From Verrucomicrobiota bacterium (GTDB lineage: Bacteria; Chlamydiota; Chlamydiia; Chlamydiales; JAEYWL01): 64,000 bases of DNA. The stretch's first letter is position 1, and each line of letters opens with the position of its first letter. Positions 1 to 9,041 of the stretch are shown here, piece by piece. Made by a program: the position numbers and the translations under genes. The stretch lies in contig JAEYWL010000010.1 in NCBI GenBank assembly GCA_023428915.1, positions 3,357-67,356 on the forward strand, given 5' to 3'. The notes beneath the pieces were generated by a model. It was not told the origin of the DNA. It saw only the letters and a list, made by a program, of their open reading frames with translations, and ran no database searches.

Positions 1-67
1 ATTTTCCTATTGAAATTGGATTCTTATTTAATGCACAATAATCACAGCGTGATAAAGAGGCATAACC

Positions 68-1417
68 GTGCAAGCTTGGCAAACATTTCTTGTAGAGCAG
101 GAGGGGATTTTAGGGAAGGAGATCGTAGAAAAATGGCTCCGTCCTCTAAAGGTGCTTCGTTTTGATGCGGGCAATATTTATCTGGAAGCTGCAGACCACT
201 TTCAGGCTCTGTGGTTTGAGGAGCACGCCAAAGCAAAAGCCCAATCCTTTTTTTCGCAGCTTGCAAATCGCAAATTTAAAATTCACTTAAGCATCAGTAC
301 CGAGAAAAAGATCCCTCAAGCTAAAAAAATACCTAAAAAAGAACTTAAGCCGGTTAAAGGCGCAGCTGTTGCACCATTCATGCTGCTTTTTGACCAGCTG
401 CACCCGCATTTTACTCTCGAGGAATACTTTTCCTCGCCAAATAATCAAGTCCCTGTCCAGCTAATTAAAGAAACAATAGAGGCCCATCCTAATAGCAATT
501 TTAACCCTATCTATCTTTATGGGCGCAGCGCTACAGGAAAAACGCATTTACTAATGGCTGCAGCGGCAGCCTATCGAAAAAAAGGAATAAAAGCGCTATA
601 CACTCGGGCAGAAACTTTCACAGACCATGTCGTTGGAGCTATCCGCGCTGGGGAAATGAGCCAATTCCGGGAAACCTACCGCAATGCAGATGTCTTGATT
701 GTCGACGATGTGCATTTGTTTTCAAGAAAAGGAGCCACACAGGAAGAGTTTTTCCACACCTTCAACACCCTGCATTTATCCGGCAAACAAATTCTTCTTT
801 CCGCAAATTGTGCGCCGCAGGAGCTTGACCTCATCGAGCCCCGCCTCATTAGCCGCTTCGAGTGGGGAATTGTGCTGCCGCTTGAGCCTCTATCACAGGC
901 AGAAATGCGGGAAGTTGTACGCCAGAAAGCAATGGCCCTGCAGTTTCCGCTAAATGAAAGGATTTTAGATTTTCTGCTGGAAATTTTTCCCACAGGGCTT
1001 AAGTCAGTCGTGAAAGGCTTGGAAGCCCTGATTTTGCGTTCTCATTTGCAAAACCGGGCTAGCTCCACTTCTTTAACGGTTCCTGCTGTTAAAAATATCC
1101 TTTCAGATCTAATTGCCGATGAGGAAAAAAATGCTTTAACTCCTGGCAGGATCCTTCAAGGCGTGGCTGAATTCTTTGGCATTCGCGTAGAAGATCTTCA
1201 GGGCAAATCACAGGCGCGCGAATGCGTGCTGCCGAGGCAGCTTGCCATGCAGCTCTGCCGCTCGCAATTAAAGCTGCCCTACATGAAAATCGGAGATCTT
1301 TTTTCCCGCGATCATTCTACTGTAATGTCAGCCATTAAAAAAGTTGATGAGGGCATTGCAGAGGGGGATAATGCCCTCCACACTGCCCGCACGGCAATTC
1401 TTAAAAAACTCCACTAA
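68..1417 (+). CDS. dnaA: Chromosomal replication initiator protein DnaA
   Basis: 449-aa ORF with GTG start. AAA+ Walker A GRSATGKTHLL and Walker B VLIVDDVH. C-terminal DNA-binding domain IV with DHSTVMSA motif. Confidence 0.95.
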   Translation: MQAWQTFLVEQEGILGKEIVEKWLRPLKVLRFDAGNIYLEAADHFQALWFEEHAKAKAQSFFSQLANRKFKIHLSISTEKKIPQAKKIPKKELKPVKGAAVAPFMLLFDQLHPHFTLEEYFSSPNNQVPVQLIKETIEAHPNSNFNPIYLYGRSATGKTHLLMAAAAAYRKKGIKALYTRAETFTDHVVGAIRAGEMSQFRETYRNADVLIVDDVHLFSRKGATQEEFFHTFNTLHLSGKQILLSANCAPQELDLIEPRLISRFEWGIVLPLEPLSQAEMREVVRQKAMALQFPLNERILDFLLEIFPTGLKSVVKGLEALILRSHLQNRASSTSLTVPAVKNILSDLIADEEKNALTPGRILQGVAEFFGIRVEDLQGKSQARECVLPRQLAMQLCRSQLKLPYMKIGDLFSRDHSTVMSAIKKVDEGIAEGDNALHTARTAILKKLH

Positions 1418-1440
1418 GTCGAAATACGTCAAAATAAGCA

Positions 1441-1492
1441 ATTTGGATCGAGTAGGAGGGAGTCTTATGACTCCCTCCTACTCGATCCAAAT
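1441..1492. terminator. Perfect 24-bp stem hairpin between convergent dnaA and yidC (likely bidirectional terminator)
   Basis: ATTTGGATCGAGTAGGAGGGAGTC - TTAT - GACTCCCTCCTACTCGATCCAAAT read directly from the sequence. It lies between two convergent stop codons. Confidence 0.6.
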
Positions 1493-1550
1493 CGATTTTC
1501 TTAAGTTGACGACATTGGGCTTACGTTTGTGGCTACATGCTATCCGCCTT

Positions 1551-4013
1551 TTAGCGGGCTTTTTTTACTGCAGGTTTTACCACTTCAACTTTAGCAGCAG
1601 CAGATTTCATGCTGCGCTGCGTCCACCATTGCTGCAGGATGCCTAGCAATAGCGAGGAAATCCAGTAGATGTTCAAGCCGGATGGCACATGGTAGAACAT
1701 AATGGCAAATACAATGGTCATAATGTTGCCCATAGCTTTTTGCTGCCTTTGCTGATCCGTCATCAGCTTAGGATCTGCAGGCACAGTAGAAGACATCCTT
1801 TGCTGGATGAACATCACTACTGCGAAAAGGATGGGCAGCAGGTGAAATTCAGTGCCAATAAAGAAAATGGGGTAATGCCAGCTGAAAAGCACGTCCGGAG
1901 CGGCTAGATTGTCGATCCAGCCGGGAATAAAGCTTGCGCCGCGCAATTCAAAGGTGGACTTTAACAAGTCAAACATCCCCACAAGAAAAGGCAATTGGAT
2001 AAGCAATGGCAAGCAGCCGGAGAATGGATTGACGCCTCGTTCGCGGTACAGGTTTGCAATTTCCAATTGCATTTTTTTCGGGTCTTTCTTGTAGCGCTCT
2101 TGCAGGGCTGTGACTTCAGGGGCCACTTGCTGCATCTTAATCATTGACTTCATCGACCAAGTATTCAAAGGGTATAAAATAATCCTAAGCACAACTGTCA
2201 ATAGGATAATGGATAAGGCCCAAGAATTGGTCAGGCTATGGAAGAACTTCATTAAAATTAGCAGGAATTGTGCAAAAGGCTCGGAAATAAAGGTAAAGAT
2301 CCCGTGAGATGTTTGGCAGGCAATATAGTCCGGATTGTAACCGGTAGCGGGGTCAGAGAAGGTGTTATCTACAGTTTTTAGGACTGAGTCGGCAAAGGGG
2401 CCGGCAAAAATCCTAAACGACATTGTGCCGCCAGTATTTTTGAGCGGCAGGAAAAGATTATAGCCGGGCATTTCAGCTGCCTTAAAACGTTCATACTCCT
2501 GGTCAATCTCGGTCAAGCGGGAGGGGACTGTGACTCCTGACACCTGAATTGCTTTATAGCCAGGGTCAACCTCGCTTAACGGATCTAAGATCATACCGAG
2601 GAAGCCGTTAGAGTTGCACAGCCAGTCTGGTTTAATGGAAGTGACTGTCACAGGGTCCTGAGGCAGATTTAAACTCTCCACTTTAGGCTTTTTATTGACA
2701 GTGACCCGGTATTTTAAAGCAGGAGCGATAGCTCCTGAAATCCATTCAACTTCAGGAATACCTGTAGATAGCCATAAGCCGCGGCTGTCGCCTTCTACTT
2801 TAACTGTTAAGTTAACAGCGTAAGGCGCTTCAGCATCGCTGCCGGCAAATTCGAAAGTCTTGGTTATGCGGCGATGGGGCTGCACGCCTTCAAATACAAT
2901 TTTCTTGCTGGTAAATTCTTTAACTTCATATTCCAGCTCCGCCAGTTCCGGGTATTCCGATACGATGTTGAAAGCATAGTAAGCTGGCTGCAGGCGGATG
3001 GTTTTAAATGGGGGACGTTCGATTAAGTCGCGGCGTAAAAGAGGGTAGTAGCCGCCCAGCACTCCTTTTTTTGGCTCTTCTGAGCCGGCTGTGTAATAAG
3101 GATGAGAGGGGAACATCGCATTTTCAGCATGGTATTTCACCATGTCGCGGTCAAAATCGATTTCCTTGACAACGCTTTTGGGATGGGTTTCGCTTTGGAA
3201 AGGGAGGTTGATTTCTACCAGGGCCCCGCCATAATTAGAAAATACTAACTGCTGTGTGCCGTTTTCCAAGACATAAAATTTCTCTTCGCCTCTTTTACCT
3301 TTAATAGCAGTTATTTGCTTCTCCGCTTGAAAATAGCGGTTAAGCCCTTCGATTTTGTCAAAGGGAGCAAAGGCATTGTAGTAGGAAAGATAAATGCCTG
3401 CCGGCACCCATTTATTATCCTTTTGGGCAAAAACAAAACCTGTAGTTTTAGGCATCTTGGCATGGTATTCGTCAGGAAACTCTTTGCCAAGCTGATTTAG
3501 AGGAAGAACAATTTGCCCGTCTTGGTAGTCGCCAGGCGTCTCTAACCCTTGATACTGGGCGTCCAAGGGAAAGTAAAGTTGCACAGGATATACGCCAAGT
3601 TCCGGCAGCGCTAGAAATGGCAATGCTTTAGCATCACCTTGGCCATATAAGGCTAATCCGCTTTGCTGCAGATTATCGGAAAGCAAAGGAAGAGATCCTT
3701 CATCGCTAAAAATTTCTTTTGGTGCTGCTTCCCTATCCATGATGACAAGCAAAGTATCATTTTGGCGGATAGCTAAACCGGCAGATTCTTTTTTGTCTGC
3801 ATCATAGTATACAGCTGCAAGCGGCAGCTGCTCGACAGCTACTTTTCTTTTAGAAATATCTGTGAGAAGTTCTTGCTTTTTCTTTTCTCTGGCGACTTTT
3901 TGCTGCTCATACCACTCCTTGTTGCGGTCTTGATCGAGGTAAGTAAAAAAGGCGTTAACCCCAAACATTGCCGCCGTTAGGATTAAAACAAAAAGAATGC
4001 TTCTTTTATCCAT
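1551..4013 (-). CDS. yidC: Membrane protein insertase YidC (long periplasmic-domain form)
   Basis: 820 aa with an N-terminal TM and a large periplasmic region. The C-terminal 60-kDa insertase core has multiple TMs (LLTVVLRIILYPL, CLPLLIQLPFLVGMF) and a basic tail. It lies adjacent to dnaA. Confidence 0.9.
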   Translation of the reverse strand: MDKRSILFVLILTAAMFGVNAFFTYLDQDRNKEWYEQQKVAREKKKQELLTDISKRKVAVEQLPLAAVYYDADKKESAGLAIRQNDTLLVIMDREAAPKEIFSDEGSLPLLSDNLQQSGLALYGQGDAKALPFLALPELGVYPVQLYFPLDAQYQGLETPGDYQDGQIVLPLNQLGKEFPDEYHAKMPKTTGFVFAQKDNKWVPAGIYLSYYNAFAPFDKIEGLNRYFQAEKQITAIKGKRGEEKFYVLENGTQQLVFSNYGGALVEINLPFQSETHPKSVVKEIDFDRDMVKYHAENAMFPSHPYYTAGSEEPKKGVLGGYYPLLRRDLIERPPFKTIRLQPAYYAFNIVSEYPELAELEYEVKEFTSKKIVFEGVQPHRRITKTFEFAGSDAEAPYAVNLTVKVEGDSRGLWLSTGIPEVEWISGAIAPALKYRVTVNKKPKVESLNLPQDPVTVTSIKPDWLCNSNGFLGMILDPLSEVDPGYKAIQVSGVTVPSRLTEIDQEYERFKAAEMPGYNLFLPLKNTGGTMSFRIFAGPFADSVLKTVDNTFSDPATGYNPDYIACQTSHGIFTFISEPFAQFLLILMKFFHSLTNSWALSIILLTVVLRIILYPLNTWSMKSMIKMQQVAPEVTALQERYKKDPKKMQLEIANLYRERGVNPFSGCLPLLIQLPFLVGMFDLLKSTFELRGASFIPGWIDNLAAPDVLFSWHYPIFFIGTEFHLLPILFAVVMFIQQRMSSTVPADPKLMTDQQRQQKAMGNIMTIVFAIMFYHVPSGLNIYWISSLLLGILQQWWTQRSMKSAAAKVEVVKPAVKKAR

Positions 4014-4049
4014 ATGTTAATTCATCTCACGTAGTTGGATATCTATCCG

Positions 4050-4967
4050 TTAAAAAAAATATTGCACAAAAATTGATGCTGTCCAGGATTGCCAGTTAAC
4101 AGCATTAAACTTGGTGTGAAAGGTTAAAGGGGCGCTGCTTCCGTTATCTGTTTCGACAAGAGCGGTTACTTTATCTACCCCATCTTCTGCCCTCCAAGTC
4201 TGAAAAACTCCTTTTAAGCCCAGCTCTAAACAATCGGTTAGGGGAAAGGCAAGGCCGCTTTTGAGCACTATGCCATATCCATTGGCCTCATGGGTGAAAT
4301 TGTCGATGATGTCGCTGCGTAAGTTCCAGTGGCCTGAGCCGTCAAAGCGCGCAAAGTGATATTCAGCGGCGCCCCACAATCTAACCCCCATAATTGCAGC
4401 CCAAGAAAGATCAAGGCCTAACCAGGGGCCATACCATGTGGCTGTGTAAGTACTATCAAGTCCTTGTATGGGGCCAAGGGCGCCAGGGAATTCTGAAATC
4501 ACCAGTTTGCCATCGTGCATGCATAGATGCTGCCCATGCACAGAATAACCAACCACTGGTGCAATAATGGCTTGATTGTTTAGGAAGCCAAATAGGTACC
4601 CGGCTCCTGCAGAAGCGTCATAGGCGTAATCGCCATCAGAGCGGGCATAAGATCGGGAAAATTCTTCAGTACGCTGATTTCCGTGGTAATCTGAATCTCT
4701 GTTATTTCCTGAAAAAATGCCCGCAATATCCCCATTGGCACGCATATAAATATTGTAGTTATTGCTGTAGGCGGCTTCTAATGAAACCTCTACGCTTTTG
4801 ACTTCGCGCCATTTAAGTTCAGACAGGATATTTGGCTGATCATTAAATCCTGCAATACTCCAATCCAATTGATCTTCACGGTAGCCGATGCCGCCTTGCA
4901 CAGTTAAATTGGCATAGGCAGAGGCGCTAATAATACATAAGGCAAATAAGGCGCGGGTAAAAATCAT
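4050..4967 (-). CDS. Outer-membrane beta-barrel protein, omptin-like
   Basis: 305 aa with a signal peptide (MIFTRALFALCIISASAYA) and alternating beta-strand pattern. The C-terminal aromatic signature is VQYFF. Blocks align by eye to OmpT (QLDWSIAG.., RDSDYHG, GPWLGLDLSW, AEYHFARFDGSGHW). Confidence 0.5.
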   Translation of the reverse strand: MIFTRALFALCIISASAYANLTVQGGIGYREDQLDWSIAGFNDQPNILSELKWREVKSVEVSLEAAYSNNYNIYMRANGDIAGIFSGNNRDSDYHGNQRTEEFSRSYARSDGDYAYDASAGAGYLFGFLNNQAIIAPVVGYSVHGQHLCMHDGKLVISEFPGALGPIQGLDSTYTATWYGPWLGLDLSWAAIMGVRLWGAAEYHFARFDGSGHWNLRSDIIDNFTHEANGYGIVLKSGLAFPLTDCLELGLKGVFQTWRAEDGVDKVTALVETDNGSSAPLTFHTKFNAVNWQSWTASIFVQYFF

Positions 4968-5899
4968 TATTTTCCTAAGGTCAAAAGGGGCTTAGGCAGG
5001 CCAAAAACGACATCTTCTTGTGTAAAAACGACATCTTCTACAGAGTTGACGCCCAGATCGATTAAACGTTGGATGCAGCGCTGCACGATCTCTTCAGGAG
5101 TTGAAGCACCTGCTGTAAGGCCGATGGTGTTTACTCCGGCAAGCCAGTTTGGCTCGATCTCATTCTCATTATTAATGAGATGGGCCTTAATTCCCCTTTT
5201 TAAAGCTACCTCGACCAAGCGGTTGGAGTTTGAGCTTTTAGGGTCGCCAACTACGAGCACTAAATCAGTCTGGTCTGTAATTTCTCTTAGGGCCATTTGC
5301 CTATTAGTGGTCGCATAGCAAATTGAGGAACTGGGCAGAGTTTCAATTTGCGGGTATTTAGCTTGGAGGGCTTCTGTTATATCTTTAACATCGTCAAGGC
5401 TAAGCGTAGTCTGGGTAATGTAAAATAGTTTATCTTGCTGTGTGAAGCTAAGTTTTTCCACATCGCTTACTGACTCAATAATCGTTGTGACATCCGGTGC
5501 TTCGCCAGCTGTCCCAATGATTTCGACATGGTTTTTGTGGCCGATTAACAGGATTTGGTAACCCATGGCGGCAAACCGTTTTACAGCAGAGTGTACACGT
5601 GTTACAAGCCCGCAGGTTGCATCGATCTCAATTAGCTGCCGTTGTTTAGCTTGTTCACGAACTGCAGGCGAGACTCCATGAGCGGAATAAATTAAACGGG
5701 CTCCTACCGGGACATCATTTAAATCTTCAATAAAAATGGCACCCTTGGCCTTTAATTGATCTACCACATAGCGGTTATGTACAATTTCATGTTTTACATA
5801 AATAGGAGCGCCCCATAAGCTAATAGCCTTTTCAACACTCTCTATGGCTCTTTCAACACCAGCGCAAAACCCTCTGGGTTTTGATAATAACAGTTTCAT
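4967..5899 (-). CDS. ispH: 4-hydroxy-3-methylbut-2-enyl diphosphate reductase IspH/LytB
   Basis: PRGFCAGVERAI, HEIVHN and further LytB blocks are present. I prefer the ATG at 5899 over the TTG at 5908. Its stop overlaps the start of the downstream barrel gene (TAATG). Confidence 0.92.
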   Translation of the reverse strand: MKLLLSKPRGFCAGVERAIESVEKAISLWGAPIYVKHEIVHNRYVVDQLKAKGAIFIEDLNDVPVGARLIYSAHGVSPAVREQAKQRQLIEIDATCGLVTRVHSAVKRFAAMGYQILLIGHKNHVEIIGTAGEAPDVTTIIESVSDVEKLSFTQQDKLFYITQTTLSLDDVKDITEALQAKYPQIETLPSSSICYATTNRQMALREITDQTDLVLVVGDPKSSNSNRLVEVALKRGIKAHLINNENEIEPNWLAGVNTIGLTAGASTPEEIVQRCIQRLIDLGVNSVEDVVFTQEDVVFGLPKPLLTLGK

Positions 5900-6125
5900 A
5901 GCTAGCAACCTTTAAATAAAAGCTAAGTAAAAATAGGAGTTATAATAGGGGTTCTCCTATTTTACTTCAAACCCAAGTTGCTTCTCTTAGGATCATTACA
6001 ATAAAGAGGAAACAAAGCTGAAATTTTGCGAATGCAGAAAGCAAACAGGGTTTTAATTTCATTGCACAAATTTATTAGCCTTGCTATTTCTTAAAAATAT
6101 AATTTTAAACCAAAGGGAAGGTTCT

Positions 6126-6410
6126 ATGGATATTGTAAGTTTGTTAACCAACGTTATTGGCGGCGGTGTTGGCGGGGGACTTTCAGGTGCGGCTCTAAAA
6201 GAGAAAAGTCTTGGCGCTATGGGCAACATTGTTGCTGGTATGGTAGGAGGCACAGCGGGTAGTTATATTCTGCAAGCTGTTGGCCTTTTGCAAATGCTCG
6301 GAATTGCAGATATGACCGTCGGATCATTAGCGGCAGAAGGCGGAGTCGCTGCAGTTATAGGAGCCATTACAACCGCAGCAGCCGGCTTTATTAAAAATAA
6401 GGCTAGCTAA
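6126..6410 (+). CDS. Small glycine-rich (glycine-zipper-like) membrane protein
   Basis: 94 aa from an ATG preceded by AAGGGAAGG. Gly/Ala-rich hydrophobic segments include GGGVGGGLSGAAL and NIVAGMVGGTAGSYIL. Confidence 0.5.
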   Translation: MDIVSLLTNVIGGGVGGGLSGAALKEKSLGAMGNIVAGMVGGTAGSYILQAVGLLQMLGIADMTVGSLAAEGGVAAVIGAITTAAAGFIKNKAS

Positions 6411-6415
6411 AAAAT

Positions 6416-6690
6416 ATGGTCTGAATTAGTCCCTTAAAGAGACAATGGACAATGGGGACGCCAGCGACCTTATGGACTTAAAGGACTAAGCCCTAATCAT
6501 TTGTCCCTGGAGTCTCTGGCGTCCCTATGAGACAGCTGCATAAGTCAGATTTAGCTATATCAAATGACATTATGGACCTTAACGACGCCGAAGACATTTA
6601 CGACAAGCAATTGGCGCTTAGTCCATTAAGTCCATAAGGTCCATGGCGTCGTTAAGGTCCATTGTCCCTTTAAGCGTCTAACTCAGACTG
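6416..6690. repeat. Cluster of four alternating-orientation repeat units with 9-bp internal periodicity (GTCC/GGAC every 9 nt)
   Basis: Unit 6428-6491 is the reverse complement (about 80 percent identity by eye) of unit 6616-6679. Shorter degenerate units lie at about 6500-6538 and 6560-6610. The cluster sits in a convergent intergenic region. Confidence 0.8.
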
Positions 6691-6696
6691 TAGCAG

Positions 6697-7170
6697 TTAT
6701 ATCTTTTTTTCTTTTTCCAGGTAAGAGAGGATGCCTTCACAGGCATCCTCGAGCATATCGAGAACTAGTTCAAAGCCGGCTTCGCCTTGATAATAAGGAT
6801 CAGGCACATCCTGCCCTTTATAGACAGCACTAAAATCATTGATGAGGTGCAGCTTGGCTTTCTCTTCAGCGGTTGCAGCATACTTGTATAAGTTATGCAG
6901 CACTTCATGGTCGGCGGCCAAAATCAAATCGTAATAAGCAAAGTTTTCTTTCTCGATCATCTTGGCCCGGGAAGAAAGCATAAAGCCTCGCATCTGTGCA
7001 GCTTTTAGCATGCGGTGGTCAGGATAAGCGCCTAAATGCCAGTCGCCTAAACCGCAGCTGGAAACTTCAACTTCTTGGCTGCCGGCTTTGGCCATATGCC
7101 GGAGAATTTCTTCTGCAGCCGGTGAGCGGCAAATGTTGCCTAAACAGACAAATAATACTTTCGCGGTCAT
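6697..7170 (-). CDS. Low-molecular-weight protein-tyrosine phosphatase
   Basis: 157 aa. The N-terminal CX5R(S/T) P-loop is VCLGNICRSPAAE and the DP loop is DVPDPYY. Confidence 0.9.
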   Translation of the reverse strand: MTAKVLFVCLGNICRSPAAEEILRHMAKAGSQEVEVSSCGLGDWHLGAYPDHRMLKAAQMRGFMLSSRAKMIEKENFAYYDLILAADHEVLHNLYKYAATAEEKAKLHLINDFSAVYKGQDVPDPYYQGEAGFELVLDMLEDACEGILSYLEKEKKI

Positions 7171-7182
7171 GATTCCTCAACT

Positions 7183-9036
7183 CTATTGAACGTCTGCGGC
7201 GCAGCGGAAGCCGTAGGTGCCGTTTACTGTACCGGGATTGTTCCGATGCCTTCGAGAGCAGCGCAAGTCTTCTTTCAAGCTCTTCCAGCAGCCGCCTCTA
7301 AGCACCCTATAAACACCTTGTAATGGTCCTTTAGGGTTTTCCGGTTCCTGAATGGACACTTCGTAGTAATTATAGCTATACCAATCCTGGCACCATTCAT
7401 ACACATTGCCGGCCATATCATAAATCCCTTGCTGGTTAGGGGCATAGCTCATTACAGGTGTGGTGTCCGCGCTGAAGAAGTTAGCTTCGCTTTTTTCAAT
7501 GTCATCTCCTGACGGGTAGAGAGTTTTGTCTAAGCCATTAGCTGCAGCCACTTCCCACTCTGCTTCGGTAGGAAGCCGCTTACCAACCCATTTGGCATAA
7601 GCTACGGCGCCATACCAAGTAACGCCAACCACAGGATGTTTTGCATACCCTGATTCAATGCTGATCCGGCCCCCGCTGCGCTTAATGCGTGATTCCCTAA
7701 GGCGGATAATGTCGTTGTGGTTGCTATCTTTTTCGCCGCCCATAACTTCAAGAAAACGTACGAACTGTTCATTGGTAACGGGGTGGATGTCGATGGCAAA
7801 ACTAGCGAGAGATATTTGGTGCTTAGGGGTTTCATCGCGATTGCCGTCATTGCTGCCGCGCATGAAGTTGCCGCCCTGGATGACCACCATATCAGTCAAG
7901 AGCGGATTAATGTTCTTAACTTCTTTGCGTTCCGGTTGATAGTGCTTTACAGTTGAATCTATTTGAAATACAGCTGCCGGATCAGGGTCGTGCTGAGGGC
8001 GATCGATTTGCGGGCGGTGGATAACCGGTTTTAAACCGCTGGATTGCTGGGAGAAAACTTCTTCGCGATTTTCGCTTGCGGCATTTGCCGGAGTAAATGC
8101 CGCCGCAGCAGCTTTTTTGCCTTTTTGAATATCTTTTAAAAATTCTGACAAAGAGTCAGGGCGGCGCGCGGGGTCGGCTTGCAAGCAGGCATGAACTAAT
8201 CTATCCCAATCATGTTGGTATTCCGGAACTTTAAAAGACGGCATGTCAAAAATTGCTTCAGGCAGCTCGCGGCAAATCAAATAATAGGCCAACGTTCCAA
8301 ATGCATAGGCATCGGTTTTGGCATCAATGGGGACGGGGTAATCTAAACGGCGCTGCTCCGGCGCAAGAAAAGCATAAGTTTGTAAGAAAGAAGCGTGCAA
8401 GGGGAGCAGTTTTTGCGTATCGATAGGGGGATTGGGATATTTATCAGCGTCATTTTTAAGCGTATCGGCTACAGTTTTTAGGGTGCGATTTAAAACAGCT
8501 CCTGTTCCGATAATTCTTGAAAGGCCGAAATCAGTAATAAATGGATCGTGTGCAGTTTTTCCTTTACCGATCAAAATATTATTGAGCTTCAAATTGCGGT
8601 GCACAATGCTCTTGCCGCTAATTTTTTTACTATGGGCATAATCAAGCGCTTCTGCTATGCAACTCAAAATATGCGATAGCTCAGCCTCTTCCAGCTTCCT
8701 GCTGCGTGAAGTGAGAAATTGCGCTAGATTGGTCGTTTCTCCCAGCCCGTCTACAATACAATCAGTTACTAGAAAATATTGCCCCTGGGCAAAAGAGATA
8801 TTGTGTATTTTTACAATGTGAGGATGATCTAAAGTGGCTAAAACACCGACATCTTCCTCAAAGCGCTGAATAAAGCTCCTATCGCTAGCTAATTCCTCAG
8901 GCAGTATTTTGACTACGTATTGCTTTTTCATGAAGAGATGTTCCGCCAAAAAAACTGTTCCCAGCGAGCCTTGGCCAATTTGCTTAATCAGCCGGTAATC
9001 TCCTAATGTACGCGCTTCCATCAACTTCCTCATCAC
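7183..9036 (-). CDS. pkn1: Ser/Thr protein kinase-like protein with C-terminal FGE-sulfatase (SUMF1-type) domain, Pkn1-like
   Basis: 617 aa. Kinase motifs are the G-loop IGQGSLGTVF, the VAIK-like YVVKIL and DFG (ITDFGLS). The catalytic loop reads HRNLKLNN, so it is HRN rather than HRD. The C-terminal FGE-sulfatase blocks are GGNFMRGS..ETPKHQ, RVLRGGCW and GFRCA. Confidence 0.85.
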   Translation of the reverse strand: MMRKLMEARTLGDYRLIKQIGQGSLGTVFLAEHLFMKKQYVVKILPEELASDRSFIQRFEEDVGVLATLDHPHIVKIHNISFAQGQYFLVTDCIVDGLGETTNLAQFLTSRSRKLEEAELSHILSCIAEALDYAHSKKISGKSIVHRNLKLNNILIGKGKTAHDPFITDFGLSRIIGTGAVLNRTLKTVADTLKNDADKYPNPPIDTQKLLPLHASFLQTYAFLAPEQRRLDYPVPIDAKTDAYAFGTLAYYLICRELPEAIFDMPSFKVPEYQHDWDRLVHACLQADPARRPDSLSEFLKDIQKGKKAAAAAFTPANAASENREEVFSQQSSGLKPVIHRPQIDRPQHDPDPAAVFQIDSTVKHYQPERKEVKNINPLLTDMVVIQGGNFMRGSNDGNRDETPKHQISLASFAIDIHPVTNEQFVRFLEVMGGEKDSNHNDIIRLRESRIKRSGGRISIESGYAKHPVVGVTWYGAVAYAKWVGKRLPTEAEWEVAAANGLDKTLYPSGDDIEKSEANFFSADTTPVMSYAPNQQGIYDMAGNVYEWCQDWYSYNYYEVSIQEPENPKGPLQGVYRVLRGGCWKSLKEDLRCSRRHRNNPGTVNGTYGFRCAADVQ

Positions 9037-9041
9037 TTACT

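Noticed and set aside
1-67. Search for a DnaA-box cluster / oriC upstream of dnaA
   Set aside because: Only 67 nt are visible upstream, and there is no clear TTATCCACA-like box. Isolated near-matches elsewhere (for example ATTGGATAA at about 10041 and 45558) are single and not clustered, so no origin call is supportable from this window.
42-266. 74-aa minus-strand ORF overlapping the dnaA start; other short ORFs lie inside dnaA and yidC (676-993, 699-953, 1344-1646, 1689-2307, 3315-3500)
   Set aside because: They are embedded in or antisense to strongly supported conserved genes and show no independent signals.
5930-5963. 10-bp-stem hairpin (AAAATAGGAG...CTCCTATTTT) upstream of ispH, possible attenuator
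   Set aside because: The stem is short and AT-rich with a large loop. There is no leader peptide or riboswitch-like conservation that I can recognise, so the evidence is insufficient.
6444-6630. Tiny Asp-rich peptides encoded by the 9-bp-periodic repeats (for example MDNGDASDLMDLKD and MDLNDAEDIYDKQLALSPLSP)
   Set aside because: There is no RBS and the units occur in both orientations. The periodicity is explained at the DNA level, so treating them as coding would be speculation.
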